Positions 15,375-23,459 are shown, numbered from the stretch's first letter. The stretch is 45,622 nt of DNA from Verrucomicrobiota bacterium (GCA_038208765.1 JBBQYK010000001.1:1-45622); one strand, 5' to 3'. The notes: generated from the letters alone by a model not told the origin. A program made the numbers and translations.

Positions 15375-15584
15375 ATGAAACCAGCCGCCACCAAATACTC
15401 GAAGCCACGTCCCCCCGCTTATACCACGGTCGTCCACACACCGGGGCCGCTCCTCAAGTCCGCCCCGCTCGCACCCCAGTCGTTAAAGCGGGAGAACATT
15501 TTCTCCCAGTCGCGCGACACCCGCGAAGATCGCAGCGCGCGCCAGATGAAGAACCACCCGCAAACTTTTTCACATGGACACTGA
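15375..15584 (+). CDS. Hypothetical small basic protein (69 aa)
   Basis: By hand count, about 72% of codons end in G/C, like real genes here. It starts 18 nt after the previous gene and ends 10 nt before the next. No homology recognised. Confidence 0.35.
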   Translation: MKPAATKYSKPRPPAYTTVVHTPGPLLKSAPLAPQSLKRENIFSQSRDTREDRSARQMKNHPQTFSHGH

Positions 15585-15594
15585 TCATTAACGC

Positions 15595-16005
15595 ATGAAA
15601 ACCAATCCTTTGAAGCAGGGTATCCTGATCGAGCATTCCGCCGGCGTGGGCACGGTGACGCGCACGATGGTCCGGGAGCGCGCGGTGGAACTGGCGGTCA
15701 TCGACGGACGCACGGCGCAGGACGTCACGAAATCCGACTTGGAACAGGCCAGGCGGGAACTGACCAGCGAACCGGGCAGCGACGGAAACGAGCTGCTGCT
15801 CGAAACTGTGCCCGAATCCGAACGCTGGGAAGTGGTGTCCGGCTCCACCGGATTCAAAGTGCCCGCCGCCGCCAGCGAAGACGAGGATGACGAGGGCCGC
15901 AGCGACAACGCCCGGCTCGTGGAAGAAGGCGTCGCCGGGGCGGATCATGAACAGAGACTCCAGGCGACCCGAGAAGCAGCCAAAAAGGAGGAAGGCGCGC
16001 CTTGA
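15595..16005 (+). CDS. Hypothetical acidic protein (136 aa)
   Basis: Strong codon bias. Contains VRERAVELAVIDGRTAQDVTKSDLEQARREL and an acidic tail. No recognised domain. Confidence 0.65.
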   Translation: MKTNPLKQGILIEHSAGVGTVTRTMVRERAVELAVIDGRTAQDVTKSDLEQARRELTSEPGSDGNELLLETVPESERWEVVSGSTGFKVPAAASEDEDDEGRSDNARLVEEGVAGADHEQRLQATREAAKKEEGAP

Positions 16006-16051
16006 GCCAACCTCGTCACCTTGAAGAATACCCCGTTCGGTGCCATGCCAT

Positions 16052-16477
16052 ATGAGCCGATCCACACCACTCATGCGTGATTTCGCCGGGCGCCTCATCA
16101 GCCATGAGGCACGGGAGAAAAAGCCTGCCAAGAGCCAGGATCCGAGGGTCTTTCAAAGTTGTGAGAAGCTGCGTTTGCATCTGACGACCATCATGGGAAG
16201 CCCCGGTTTTCGCACCCTGCTGTTGCGCACGCTCGCGCTCGCCACCCGGGAAGTTCCCTGGCTGCGCGCGGTGCGGGTCAAGGCGGACGGGTCTTTGGAA
16301 GGTCTGGAGGAACTTCAAGCGCAGCACGACCGGGACACCTTCCTCGAAGGCGGAGTGGTCCTGCTCGCCCACTTGCTCGGACTGCTGGTGGCTTTCATCG
16401 GAGGCAATTTAACGGTGCGGCTGGTGCGCGAGATCTGGCCGAAGATTTCGCTCCACGATTTGAAACTAGAAAACTGA
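16052..16477 (+). CDS. Hypothetical protein immediately upstream of the kaiC-like gene
   Basis: ORF in coding-type composition, with an alternative GTG start at 16040. Ends 7 nt before the kaiC-like ATG. Hydrophobic segment VVLLAHLLGLLVAFIGG. Confidence 0.6.
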   Translation: MSRSTPLMRDFAGRLISHEAREKKPAKSQDPRVFQSCEKLRLHLTTIMGSPGFRTLLLRTLALATREVPWLRAVRVKADGSLEGLEELQAQHDRDTFLEGGVVLLAHLLGLLVAFIGGNLTVRLVREIWPKISLHDLKLEN

Positions 16478-16484
16478 GGAATCC

Positions 16485-18056
16485 ATGAAAAAACAAAAAC
16501 CTGCGGCCAAACCCGCTGCGCCGGGAAAAGGCGTGAGCAAGGAGTCCAAGGTCAAGATCCGCAAGCTGCCGACCGGCGTGCGCGGGCTGGACGAAATTCT
16601 CGGCGGCGGCATCCCGGAATTTTCTTTCAACATCATCGCCGGCACGCCGGGCTGCGGCAAAACCACGCTGGCGCACCAGATCCTTTTTGCCAACGCCACG
16701 GTGAAGAAACCCGCGCTCTATTTCACCGTCCTGGGCGAACCCGCCCTGAAGATGCTGCGCTATCAGCAACAGCATTCTTTCTTCGACGAATCCAAGCTGG
16801 GCCGGGCCGTCCGCTTCGTCAACTTGAGCGATGTGCTCATGGAGGGGGACTTGAGCGCGGTGCTGGATGAGGTCATCAGGCAGGTCACGGCGGCCAGCCC
16901 GGGCATCGTGGTGGTGGACTCGTTTCGCAACGTCGTGCGCCAGGCCATCGCCACCCCGAGCGAGGCGGACATGCAATGGTTCATCCAGAGCCTCGCCCAG
17001 TTCCTCACCAGTTGGGAAGCTACGACGTTTCTGGTCGGTGAATATGTCCCGGAAGAGATGCGCGACAATCCAGTGTTCACCGTCGCCGACGGACTGTTCT
17101 GGCTGTCGCAATTGACGGAGCGGAATTCCGTGGTGCGCAAATTGCAAATCATCAAATTGCGCGGGCAGGCTTCGGTGCCGGGTTTGCACACCTTCCGCAT
17201 CAACGACGACGGGTTGCAGGCCTTCTCGCGCACGTTGGGATTGGGCGGCAAAAGTATGAACCCGTCGCGGAGACGGCGGCGGCTGTCCCTGGGCATTCCC
17301 GAAATGGACAAGATGCTGAACGGCGGCCTGCGGGAAGGCGACAGCCTCCTCGTGGCCGGACCTTCCGGCACGGGAAAGTCGGCGCTGGCCACGCACTTTA
17401 TTGCCGAAGGATTGCGGCGAGGGGAAGCGGCCATCATGGCGCTCTTTGAAGAACGCCCGGAAGGCTACGCGGATCGCGCGGCCAGTCTGGGTTTGCATTT
17501 CAAAACGCCGCAGGAGCAGGGAAAACTCGAACTGCTTTACCTGCGGCCGCTTGATCTTTCGGTGGATGAAATCACGCAGCAGATTCTCGATGCCGTCAAA
17601 CGGGTCGGCGCCAAACGGCTGGCGATTGATTCGCTGGTCGGTTTTGAAATGGCGTTGGCACCCGGTTTCCGCGAGGACTTTCGCGAATCGCTCTACCGCT
17701 TGATCGTGGCGTTGACTGGTGCGGGGGTCACAATTCTGACCACGGTGGAAGTGGAAGACAACTTCACCGCGCTGCAGTTCAGTCACTACGCAATTTCGTT
17801 TCTCACGGATGACATCATCCGGCTGCGCTATGTGGAAATTGACGGCCAGCTTCGCAAAGTGATGGTCGTGATCAAAATGCGCGGCGGCAATCACAGCAAG
17901 GACATCCGCGAATACATCATCACGGACAAGGGCGTGGTAATCATCCTCCCGCGGATGAAGGATTACGAGGGGTTGACCACCGGGATACCCCATCGCACCG
18001 GCCCGCGCCCGGCGCAGGCCGACGAGGCCGCGCCGGAACCCAAGGCGAAAAAGTAG
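16485..18056 (+). CDS. kaiC: KaiC-family double RecA-like ATPase
   Basis: Two KaiC/RecA-type halves are present. Their Walker A motifs are GTPGCGKTT and GPSGTGKS, and each half carries GVRGLDEILGGGIP or GIPEMDKMLNGGL. The C-terminal YVEIDGQLRKVMVVIKMRGGNHSKDIREY aligns with the cyanobacterial KaiC CII region. Confidence 0.92.
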   Translation: MKKQKPAAKPAAPGKGVSKESKVKIRKLPTGVRGLDEILGGGIPEFSFNIIAGTPGCGKTTLAHQILFANATVKKPALYFTVLGEPALKMLRYQQQHSFFDESKLGRAVRFVNLSDVLMEGDLSAVLDEVIRQVTAASPGIVVVDSFRNVVRQAIATPSEADMQWFIQSLAQFLTSWEATTFLVGEYVPEEMRDNPVFTVADGLFWLSQLTERNSVVRKLQIIKLRGQASVPGLHTFRINDDGLQAFSRTLGLGGKSMNPSRRRRRLSLGIPEMDKMLNGGLREGDSLLVAGPSGTGKSALATHFIAEGLRRGEAAIMALFEERPEGYADRAASLGLHFKTPQEQGKLELLYLRPLDLSVDEITQQILDAVKRVGAKRLAIDSLVGFEMALAPGFREDFRESLYRLIVALTGAGVTILTTVEVEDNFTALQFSHYAISFLTDDIIRLRYVEIDGQLRKVMVVIKMRGGNHSKDIREYIITDKGVVIILPRMKDYEGLTTGIPHRTGPRPAQADEAAPEPKAKK

Positions 18057-18065
18057 AGGGGATTT

Positions 18066-19073
18066 ATGGTTGCGAAACTCACACCAGGCATTTCTGAAGA
18101 GGCCGAAGCCTCGCCGGTCCATGAAAGGATGCTCGCGATGAACGAGGCGTTAATTCGTGGATCCGTGCAGCAGCATGAACTCACCGAGGCGGCTGAGATA
18201 TTGAACGAACAACTGCGTTTGGAAATCGCCGAGCGCCTGCGGGCCGAGGAGGCGCTGCACCGGGCGCAAGGGCTACTGGCCGACCGGGCTGTGCGGCTGG
18301 AAGAAGCCGTCTCAGCACGCACCCTGGAACTGACCGCGACCAACCAGCAACTGGAAGCCTTCGTCTATTCCATCGCGCATGACCTGCGCGCGCCCCTGCG
18401 GGCCATGCAGGGTTTTTCGACGCTGCTGGTCGCGGAGGCGGGCGCAGCCTTGAGCGCCCAGAGCCAGGACTATGCCGCGCGCATCAGCAAATCGGCGCAA
18501 TTCATGGATGCGCTGTTGATTGATCTGCTGGACTTCAGCCGCGTCAGCGAGCAGCGCGTGGAACTGACGGCGGTGAACCTGGAGACGGTCGTGGCATCCG
18601 TGCTGGCCCGTTTGCCACACGACCTCCAGGGAAAACCCGCGCGCGTGGAAAGTTCCGGGCCGTGGCCGGTCGTGCTGGCCCATGAGGCCACCCTGGCCCA
18701 GGTGTTGTTCAACTTGGTGAGCAATGCGGTAAAATTTATCCGGCCGGACGTGTCCCCCGTGGTGCGGCTGCGCGCGGAAGAACGAATGTCGGGCGAAGGC
18801 GCGATGGCCCTCGACTTTGGCCCCTCGACTCCCGACCGCCGCGTGGTCCGCGTGTGGGTGGAAGACAACGGCTCGGGCATCGCTCCCCGGCATCAAGAGC
18901 AAATCTTCCGGATCTTCACCCGCCTGAACGGGGACAAGTATGAGGGGACGGGCATCGGTCTGGCGATTGTCCAGAAAGGCGTCGAACGCATGGGAGGACG
19001 CGTGGGCGTGGAATCCGTGCCCGGCCAGGGCAGCCGTTTTTGGTTTGAGTTGCGACCTTCTCCCACCAGCTGA
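18066..19073 (+). CDS. Histidine kinase (coiled coil + HisKA + HATPase_c) with no recognisable sensor or TM domain
   Basis: H-box FVYSIAHDLRAPLRAMQGF, N-box LFNLVSNAVKF, and EDNGSGI and GTGIGLAIV boxes. The first ~95 aa are helical only. Confidence 0.9.
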   Translation: MVAKLTPGISEEAEASPVHERMLAMNEALIRGSVQQHELTEAAEILNEQLRLEIAERLRAEEALHRAQGLLADRAVRLEEAVSARTLELTATNQQLEAFVYSIAHDLRAPLRAMQGFSTLLVAEAGAALSAQSQDYAARISKSAQFMDALLIDLLDFSRVSEQRVELTAVNLETVVASVLARLPHDLQGKPARVESSGPWPVVLAHEATLAQVLFNLVSNAVKFIRPDVSPVVRLRAEERMSGEGAMALDFGPSTPDRRVVRVWVEDNGSGIAPRHQEQIFRIFTRLNGDKYEGTGIGLAIVQKGVERMGGRVGVESVPGQGSRFWFELRPSPTS

Positions 19074-19552
19074 TGAACGAACCACAAACATTCCTCCTGG
19101 TGGACGACAGCGTGGACAATCTCTTCCTCATGCGCGCGGCCTTTAAAATGGCCAAGTGCCACCACCCGCTGCAAGAAGTCCATGATGGCGAAGAAGCGAT
19201 TGCCTACCTGAACGGCGAAGGTCCGTACGGTGACCGGAAGATATTTCCGCTGCCGACGGTCATGCTGCTGGATCTGAATATGCCCAAGAAGGGCGGCTTC
19301 GAGGTCCTGGAGTGGGTGCGCGCGCAGCCGGTGCTCAAACGCCTGACGGTCATCATCCTGACCGCCTCCACGCGCCGCGAAGACGTCGCGCAGTCCTTCG
19401 ATCTGGGCGCGAACTCGGTCTTGGTCAAACCGACCAGCCTGGCCACCTTGGCGGCGATGATGCGATGTCTGTGTGCCTGGGTGGAGATCAGTCAATTTCC
19501 GCCGCTTATTGAGGCGGGAGGAAATGAGAAGCACACGCAGCAGGTGAAATGA
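19073..19552 (+). CDS. Single-domain CheY-like response regulator
   Basis: The start shares one base with the kinase stop (TGATG). Receiver residues: LLVDDS, MLLDLNMPKKGG, IILTAS and VLVKP. Confidence 0.9.
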   Translation: MNEPQTFLLVDDSVDNLFLMRAAFKMAKCHHPLQEVHDGEEAIAYLNGEGPYGDRKIFPLPTVMLLDLNMPKKGGFEVLEWVRAQPVLKRLTVIILTASTRREDVAQSFDLGANSVLVKPTSLATLAAMMRCLCAWVEISQFPPLIEAGGNEKHTQQVK

Positions 19553-19621
19553 TCTTAGTCCGATAGTAACCTTCCAGCCGAGGCGTTGAACTCCGATATT
19601 TGGCACTGATGGGATTTACCT

Positions 19622-21043
19622 GTGAACGAAACACCCGAGCGATTTGACTGGGATGTCGCCATCCTCGGCGGCGGCAGCGCCGGCTACGCGGCGGCACGGA
19701 CGGCGGCGGCGGATGGTTTGCGAACGGTCGTAATCGAGGACGCCGAGGAAGTGGGCGGCCTGTGCATCCTGCGCGGCTGCATGCCTACGAAGGCGCTGCT
19801 CTACGCCGCTGAAGTTCTGCATCACACCCGTCATGCGGAGCCGTGGGGACTGCGCGTGGAGAAGGTGAGTTTCGACTTCGCGAAAGTCATGGCCCGCAAG
19901 GACGCGCTCATCCAGGAATTCGCCGACGAGCGCCGCGCGCAACTGGCGGGTGGCAAGTTCCAATTCATCCGCGCTCGCGCGAGTTTTCTCGATCCGCACA
20001 CGGTCGCGCTGAACCACGGAGGTTCGCTCACCGCCGCGCATTTCGTCATCACCACCGGCTCCACGGTCGGCCCGGCTCCCCTGCCCCAGCTTCGCGACGT
20101 GGGCTATCTCACGAGCGATGAGGTGATGAAGCTGACGCAACTCCCGAAATCTCTGATTGTGCTCGGCGGCGGCGCGGTAGCGGTGGAACTGGCGCAGTTC
20201 CTCGCGCGCTTCGGCGTCCACGTCACGCTGCTCCAGCGCGGCGCGCACCTCCTGGGTGAGTTCGACACTGATGCGGCGCTGGAACTGGAGAAGGTCTTCC
20301 GCCGCGAAGGCATCAATCTTTTCACCAACACGGAACTGACCGGTGCGCAGCGCGACGGGGCGCGCAAAACCGTTTCGTTTCGGCAGCACGACCAGCCCGC
20401 GTCCGTCACGGCGGAGGAAATTCTCTTCGCCCTCGGTCGGGTGCCGAACACCGCGTCGCTAAATCTCGCGAAGGCCGGCGTGGCCACCGAACGCGGGCGC
20501 ATTGTGGCGAACGACTTCATGCAGACGAGCACGCCGCACATTTACGCCGCCGGCGATTGCACCGGGCCGCACGCCATCGTGCATCTCGCCGTGCGGCAGG
20601 GCGAAGTGGCGGCCCACAACCTCGCGCAACCGAAGGCGCGGCGGCGGATGGATGACCGGCTGCTGCTCGCGGTGATTTTTACCGAGCCGCAAGTCGCGTG
20701 CGTCGGACTCACCGAAAAGACGGCGGCGGCGCGCAACATTCCCTGCCTCACCGCGCGCCATCCGTTCCGTGACCACGGCAAATCGCTGATCATGGAAGCA
20801 CGGGACGGCTTCGTAAAACTTCTCGCTGATCCGCAGACTGGGGAAATTCTCGGCGGCGCTTGCGTCGGGCCGTCCGGCGGCGAACTGATTCACGAGATCG
20901 TCGTGGCGATGTCGGAACGGATGACCGTCCACAAACTCGCGGCGGTGCCGCACTACCATCCCACCCTGGCCGAAATCTGGACGTATCCGGCGGAAGAACT
21001 GGCGGCGCGCATCCCGGTCGCGCGGCAGGGTAACACCCCATAG
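19622..21043 (+). CDS. FAD-dependent pyridine nucleotide-disulfide oxidoreductase (dihydrolipoyl dehydrogenase / mercuric reductase-like class I)
   Basis: GTG start. FAD fold VAILGGGSAGYAAA, redox-active CILRGC, a second Rossmann LIVLGGGAVAVE, and a dimerisation-domain tail HYHPTLAEIW. Confidence 0.88.
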   Translation: MNETPERFDWDVAILGGGSAGYAAARTAAADGLRTVVIEDAEEVGGLCILRGCMPTKALLYAAEVLHHTRHAEPWGLRVEKVSFDFAKVMARKDALIQEFADERRAQLAGGKFQFIRARASFLDPHTVALNHGGSLTAAHFVITTGSTVGPAPLPQLRDVGYLTSDEVMKLTQLPKSLIVLGGGAVAVELAQFLARFGVHVTLLQRGAHLLGEFDTDAALELEKVFRREGINLFTNTELTGAQRDGARKTVSFRQHDQPASVTAEEILFALGRVPNTASLNLAKAGVATERGRIVANDFMQTSTPHIYAAGDCTGPHAIVHLAVRQGEVAAHNLAQPKARRRMDDRLLLAVIFTEPQVACVGLTEKTAAARNIPCLTARHPFRDHGKSLIMEARDGFVKLLADPQTGEILGGACVGPSGGELIHEIVVAMSERMTVHKLAAVPHYHPTLAEIWTYPAEELAARIPVARQGNTP

Positions 21044-21044
21044 C
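21028..21044 (+). promoter_or_regulatory. GGGTAACACCCCATAGC box, copy 8
   Basis: Its TAG (21041-21043) is the stop codon of the oxidoreductase gene. Ends 74 nt before ATG 21119. Confidence 0.45.
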
Positions 21045-21118
21045 GGGGACGGGCCGCTCGCGTAGCCTTGCTCCAGTTCACGAGGGCAAAAACTGCCTTC
21101 CAACACGAAAGAAACTTT

Positions 21119-21226
21119 ATGCACCTATTGCTCACGCCGGTTCTCGCCGACATCTACTGGATTGGCGGCGGCTCCATCGGCCTCATTCTGCTTATCGTGG
21201 TCATCGTTCTCTTGGTGCGTCGTTAA
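21119..21226 (+). CDS. Possible 35-aa single-TM peptide
   Basis: MHLLLTPVLADIYWIGGGSIGLILLIVVIVLLVRR is below the ORF-track cutoff. It has a Gly-rich turn followed by a hydrophobic helix and an RR anchor. Preceded by box copy 8. Confidence 0.3.
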   Translation: MHLLLTPVLADIYWIGGGSIGLILLIVVIVLLVRR

Positions 21227-21281
21227 ACCCACGCCGTTCCCCGCAGGCTTCAGGCGGGCGTGGAACGGATGACTCAATTCC

Positions 21282-21698
21282 ATGATGAAAACTTTGTTCA
21301 CTGCAGAGGCCATTTCCAAGGGCGCACGTTCGGGGATCGTTCATTCACCGGATCATTTGTTGAATGTCAGCTTGGGCAATCCGTTGGAGCCGGGCCTCGA
21401 GAAGCGCGGCCCCAATCCCGAACTGCTGTTCGCGGGAGCCTATTCCGCCTGCTACCACGGCGCACTCGTCAACGCCGCCAAGAAGCTCGGCACGCCCGTC
21501 GTGGATTCCACGGTGCGCGCCTTGGTGAGCTTGGTGGAAGACGATCAGGGCGGCTATCGCCTGGCGGTGGAACTTCATGCCCAGCTTCCGGGCCTCGAAA
21601 CTGCCCAGGCCCAGCGCATCATGGAAGCAGCGCATCAAACCTGCCCCTACTCCAAGGCGCTGCGCGGCGACACGGACGTGAAGCTGGTCGTGGACTAA
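21282..21698 (+). CDS. ohr: Organic hydroperoxide resistance protein (OsmC/Ohr family)
   Basis: NPELLFAGAYSACYHGAL and AHQTCPYSKALRG carry the two conserved Ohr cysteines. The ~138-aa length fits the family. Confidence 0.88.
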   Translation: MMKTLFTAEAISKGARSGIVHSPDHLLNVSLGNPLEPGLEKRGPNPELLFAGAYSACYHGALVNAAKKLGTPVVDSTVRALVSLVEDDQGGYRLAVELHAQLPGLETAQAQRIMEAAHQTCPYSKALRGDTDVKLVVD

Positions 21699-21716
21699 TT
21701 CGCCGCAAACTAGGGC

Positions 21717-22037
21717 ATGGAGAAAAAATTTATGAAAAACAAAACACTGATGGTTTTCACACTCGCCGCCGCCGCCTTCGTCGTGGGTTGCGACAAACAG
21801 AAAGCGGCCATCGACGAAAACAAGGAAGCCACGATCAACGCGATTGACAGTCGCAAGGACGCCGTGGACGCCGCCGCCAAGAGCGCGAAAAAAGAGGCGG
21901 AAATTAGCGCGACGCTCGACAAGTCGAGGATTGAAGCAGAAAAGGACGCCGCCCAGGCGCGGCTCGACGCGGCCAAACAGAAAGCCGAGGCCGAAGCTAA
22001 GGCCGAGAAGGCCCGGGTGGACGCCGCGCAGAAGTAA
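21717..22037 (+). CDS. Lys/Ala/Glu-rich lipoprotein
   Basis: Signal peptide with lipobox FVVGC. The mature part is low-complexity and helical (AKKEAE...[10 protein letters not shown]). ATG 21732 is an alternative start. Confidence 0.65.
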   Translation: MEKKFMKNKTLMVFTLAAAAFVVGCDKQKAAIDENKEATINAIDSRKDAVDAAAKSAKKEAEISATLDKSRIEAEKDAAQARLDAAKQKAEAEAKAEKARVDAAQK

Positions 22038-22063
22038 GGGCGCGCCGCCTGGAAGCATCCACC

Positions 22064-22273
22064 ATGAAAGATCCGGTCTATAAACTCATCGAACTCACGG
22101 GCACCTCGACCGCTTCCATCGAGGACGCCGTGGGGAAGGCCATCAAGCGGGCGCACAAAACGGTCAAGAACCTGCGCTGGTTTGAGGTCGTGGAAACGCG
22201 TGGCAACATTGACAAGGGCCAGGTTCAGCACTGGCAGGTAACCATCAAAGTCGGTTTCTCCGTGGAGAACTGA
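22064..22273 (+). CDS. Dodecin-family flavin-binding protein
   Basis: [47 protein letters not shown] is the typical dodecin sequence pattern, and the 69-aa length fits. Confidence 0.88.
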   Translation: MKDPVYKLIELTGTSTASIEDAVGKAIKRAHKTVKNLRWFEVVETRGNIDKGQVQHWQVTIKVGFSVEN

Positions 22274-22413
22274 GAGAATCCGCCACGAGCTTCGCCACGG
22301 TTTCGCCAAAGTTTCTGTGGAGAGCGATGAAATGAGACGGCCAGGGAGGGCACGGGAGTTCACCGCCGTTCCATGCTTCGCACCCATTGGCCATTCCGCC
22401 AGCTCAACCCGGT

Positions 22414-22545
22414 TCAGAACTGCCCGTGCTTGGTGTAAACACCGAGTAGCGTGAGCCAGATGCTGTCCGCCTTCTCGGTGCGCAGGATGAGTTTCTTCTT
22501 CAGAAACTCGGCGATTCGTTCCTCGGTGATTGAAGCCCAGCTCAT
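22414..22545 (-). CDS. Hypothetical 43-aa ORF abutting the M48 peptidase stop
   Basis: ATG (22543-22545) directly follows the TGA (22546-22548) of the upstream gene on the minus strand. MSWASITEERIAEFLKKKLILRTEKADSIWLTLLGVYTKHGQF could be a gene fragment. Confidence 0.25.
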   Translation of the reverse strand: MSWASITEERIAEFLKKKLILRTEKADSIWLTLLGVYTKHGQF

Positions 22546-23346
22546 TCAGCGGGCGCTTTCAAATTCGGCCATGGCCTTGGGCATGAATGCACGGAGTTGC
22601 TCAATGCGGGTAGCGTGCGATGGATGGGTCGAGGCGAACTCTGGCGGCTGCTGCCCGCCGGCTGTGCTCATGCGTTCCCAGAAAGCAATCGCTGCTCGCG
22701 GATCGTATCCCGCGCGAGCCATATAGAGGAGACCCATCTGGTCGGCTTCCACCTCATGTTCCCGGCTGAAGGGAAGGAGCACGCCGTATTGTGCCCCGGC
22801 CCCGATGGCAGCCATGACCGCCTGACGTTGACCCGGTTCCATGTCGCTCAAGGAGAATTGTGCGCCCGCCATGAGGGTCTGTGCCAGGGTGGTGCGCAAG
22901 AGGCGTTGGGAGCCGTGGCGGGCCACCGCATGCGCCATTTCGTGGCCCATGACCGCCGCCAGACCAGCCTCCGTTTTAGTGTGGGGCAGGATGCCGGTGT
23001 AAACGGCGATTTTTCCACCGGGGAGACAGAACGCGTTCGCCTGCGGGCTGCGGATGAGGCTGACCTGCCACTTGAAATCTCGAGCGGCACTGCCGGTGGC
23101 ACGGGCCAGACGCTCGGCGACGCGCACGACACTGTCATGTTCAGGGCCGCTCTCGATGGTCTGGGACTGGGAAAGGATCTCGCGATAACTCTGGAGACCA
23201 AGCGTTTCTTCCTGCTGTGACGACAGTGCCACCCGAACGCTTTTGCCGGTTTCAGGATTGGTGACTTTGTCCGCGCCAAAGTATTGAAACAGCATAAAGC
23301 CAACCGCGATGAGCAGGGGAATGATGGCGAACTTTTTATGGCGCAT
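22546..23346 (-). CDS. M48-family zinc metallopeptidase (membrane-anchored or periplasmic)
   Basis: HEMAHAVARHG is an HExxH motif. N-terminal anchor MRHKKFAIIPLLIAVGFMLF. Downstream EADQMGL. I chose the start at the Met preceding the TM segment. Confidence 0.88.
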   Translation of the reverse strand: MRHKKFAIIPLLIAVGFMLFQYFGADKVTNPETGKSVRVALSSQQEETLGLQSYREILSQSQTIESGPEHDSVVRVAERLARATGSAARDFKWQVSLIRSPQANAFCLPGGKIAVYTGILPHTKTEAGLAAVMGHEMAHAVARHGSQRLLRTTLAQTLMAGAQFSLSDMEPGQRQAVMAAIGAGAQYGVLLPFSREHEVEADQMGLLYMARAGYDPRAAIAFWERMSTAGGQQPPEFASTHPSHATRIEQLRAFMPKAMAEFESAR

Positions 23347-23459
23347 GTGACCTTCCTTTATCCGGGCGGAGGGTAGCGTCGGATTGAGGCGCGTCAAATG
23401 GCCACCCTGCGACCGTGATTGATTCTTTAAGGTTGCGGCACGAGAGCGGGTGCGCCTAC

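Noticed and set aside
15365-15598. Alternative 77-aa frame that would give another ATGA overlap with the gene at 15595
   Set aside because: It is attractive because of the operon's ATGA habit. By hand count, however, only about half of its codons end in G/C, and it uses rare codons (ATA, TTA, AGA, CGA). The competing frame 15375..15584 is about 72% GC3. I kept the latter, at low confidence.
16395-18122. 575-aa ORF on the minus strand
   Set aside because: It is antisense to the kaiC-like gene, which has unmistakable Walker motifs on the + strand. The ORF has no domain signature and a biased Arg/Ala/Gly composition.
1676-21044. Reading the box as an ECF-type promoter (GAAC as the -35, CGT as the -10)
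   Set aside because: The distance from the GAAC within the box to the nearest downstream CGT varies (about 20 nt or more) and is inconsistent between copies. It does not fit the 16-17 nt spacing of ECF promoters. The palindromic core fits an operator better.
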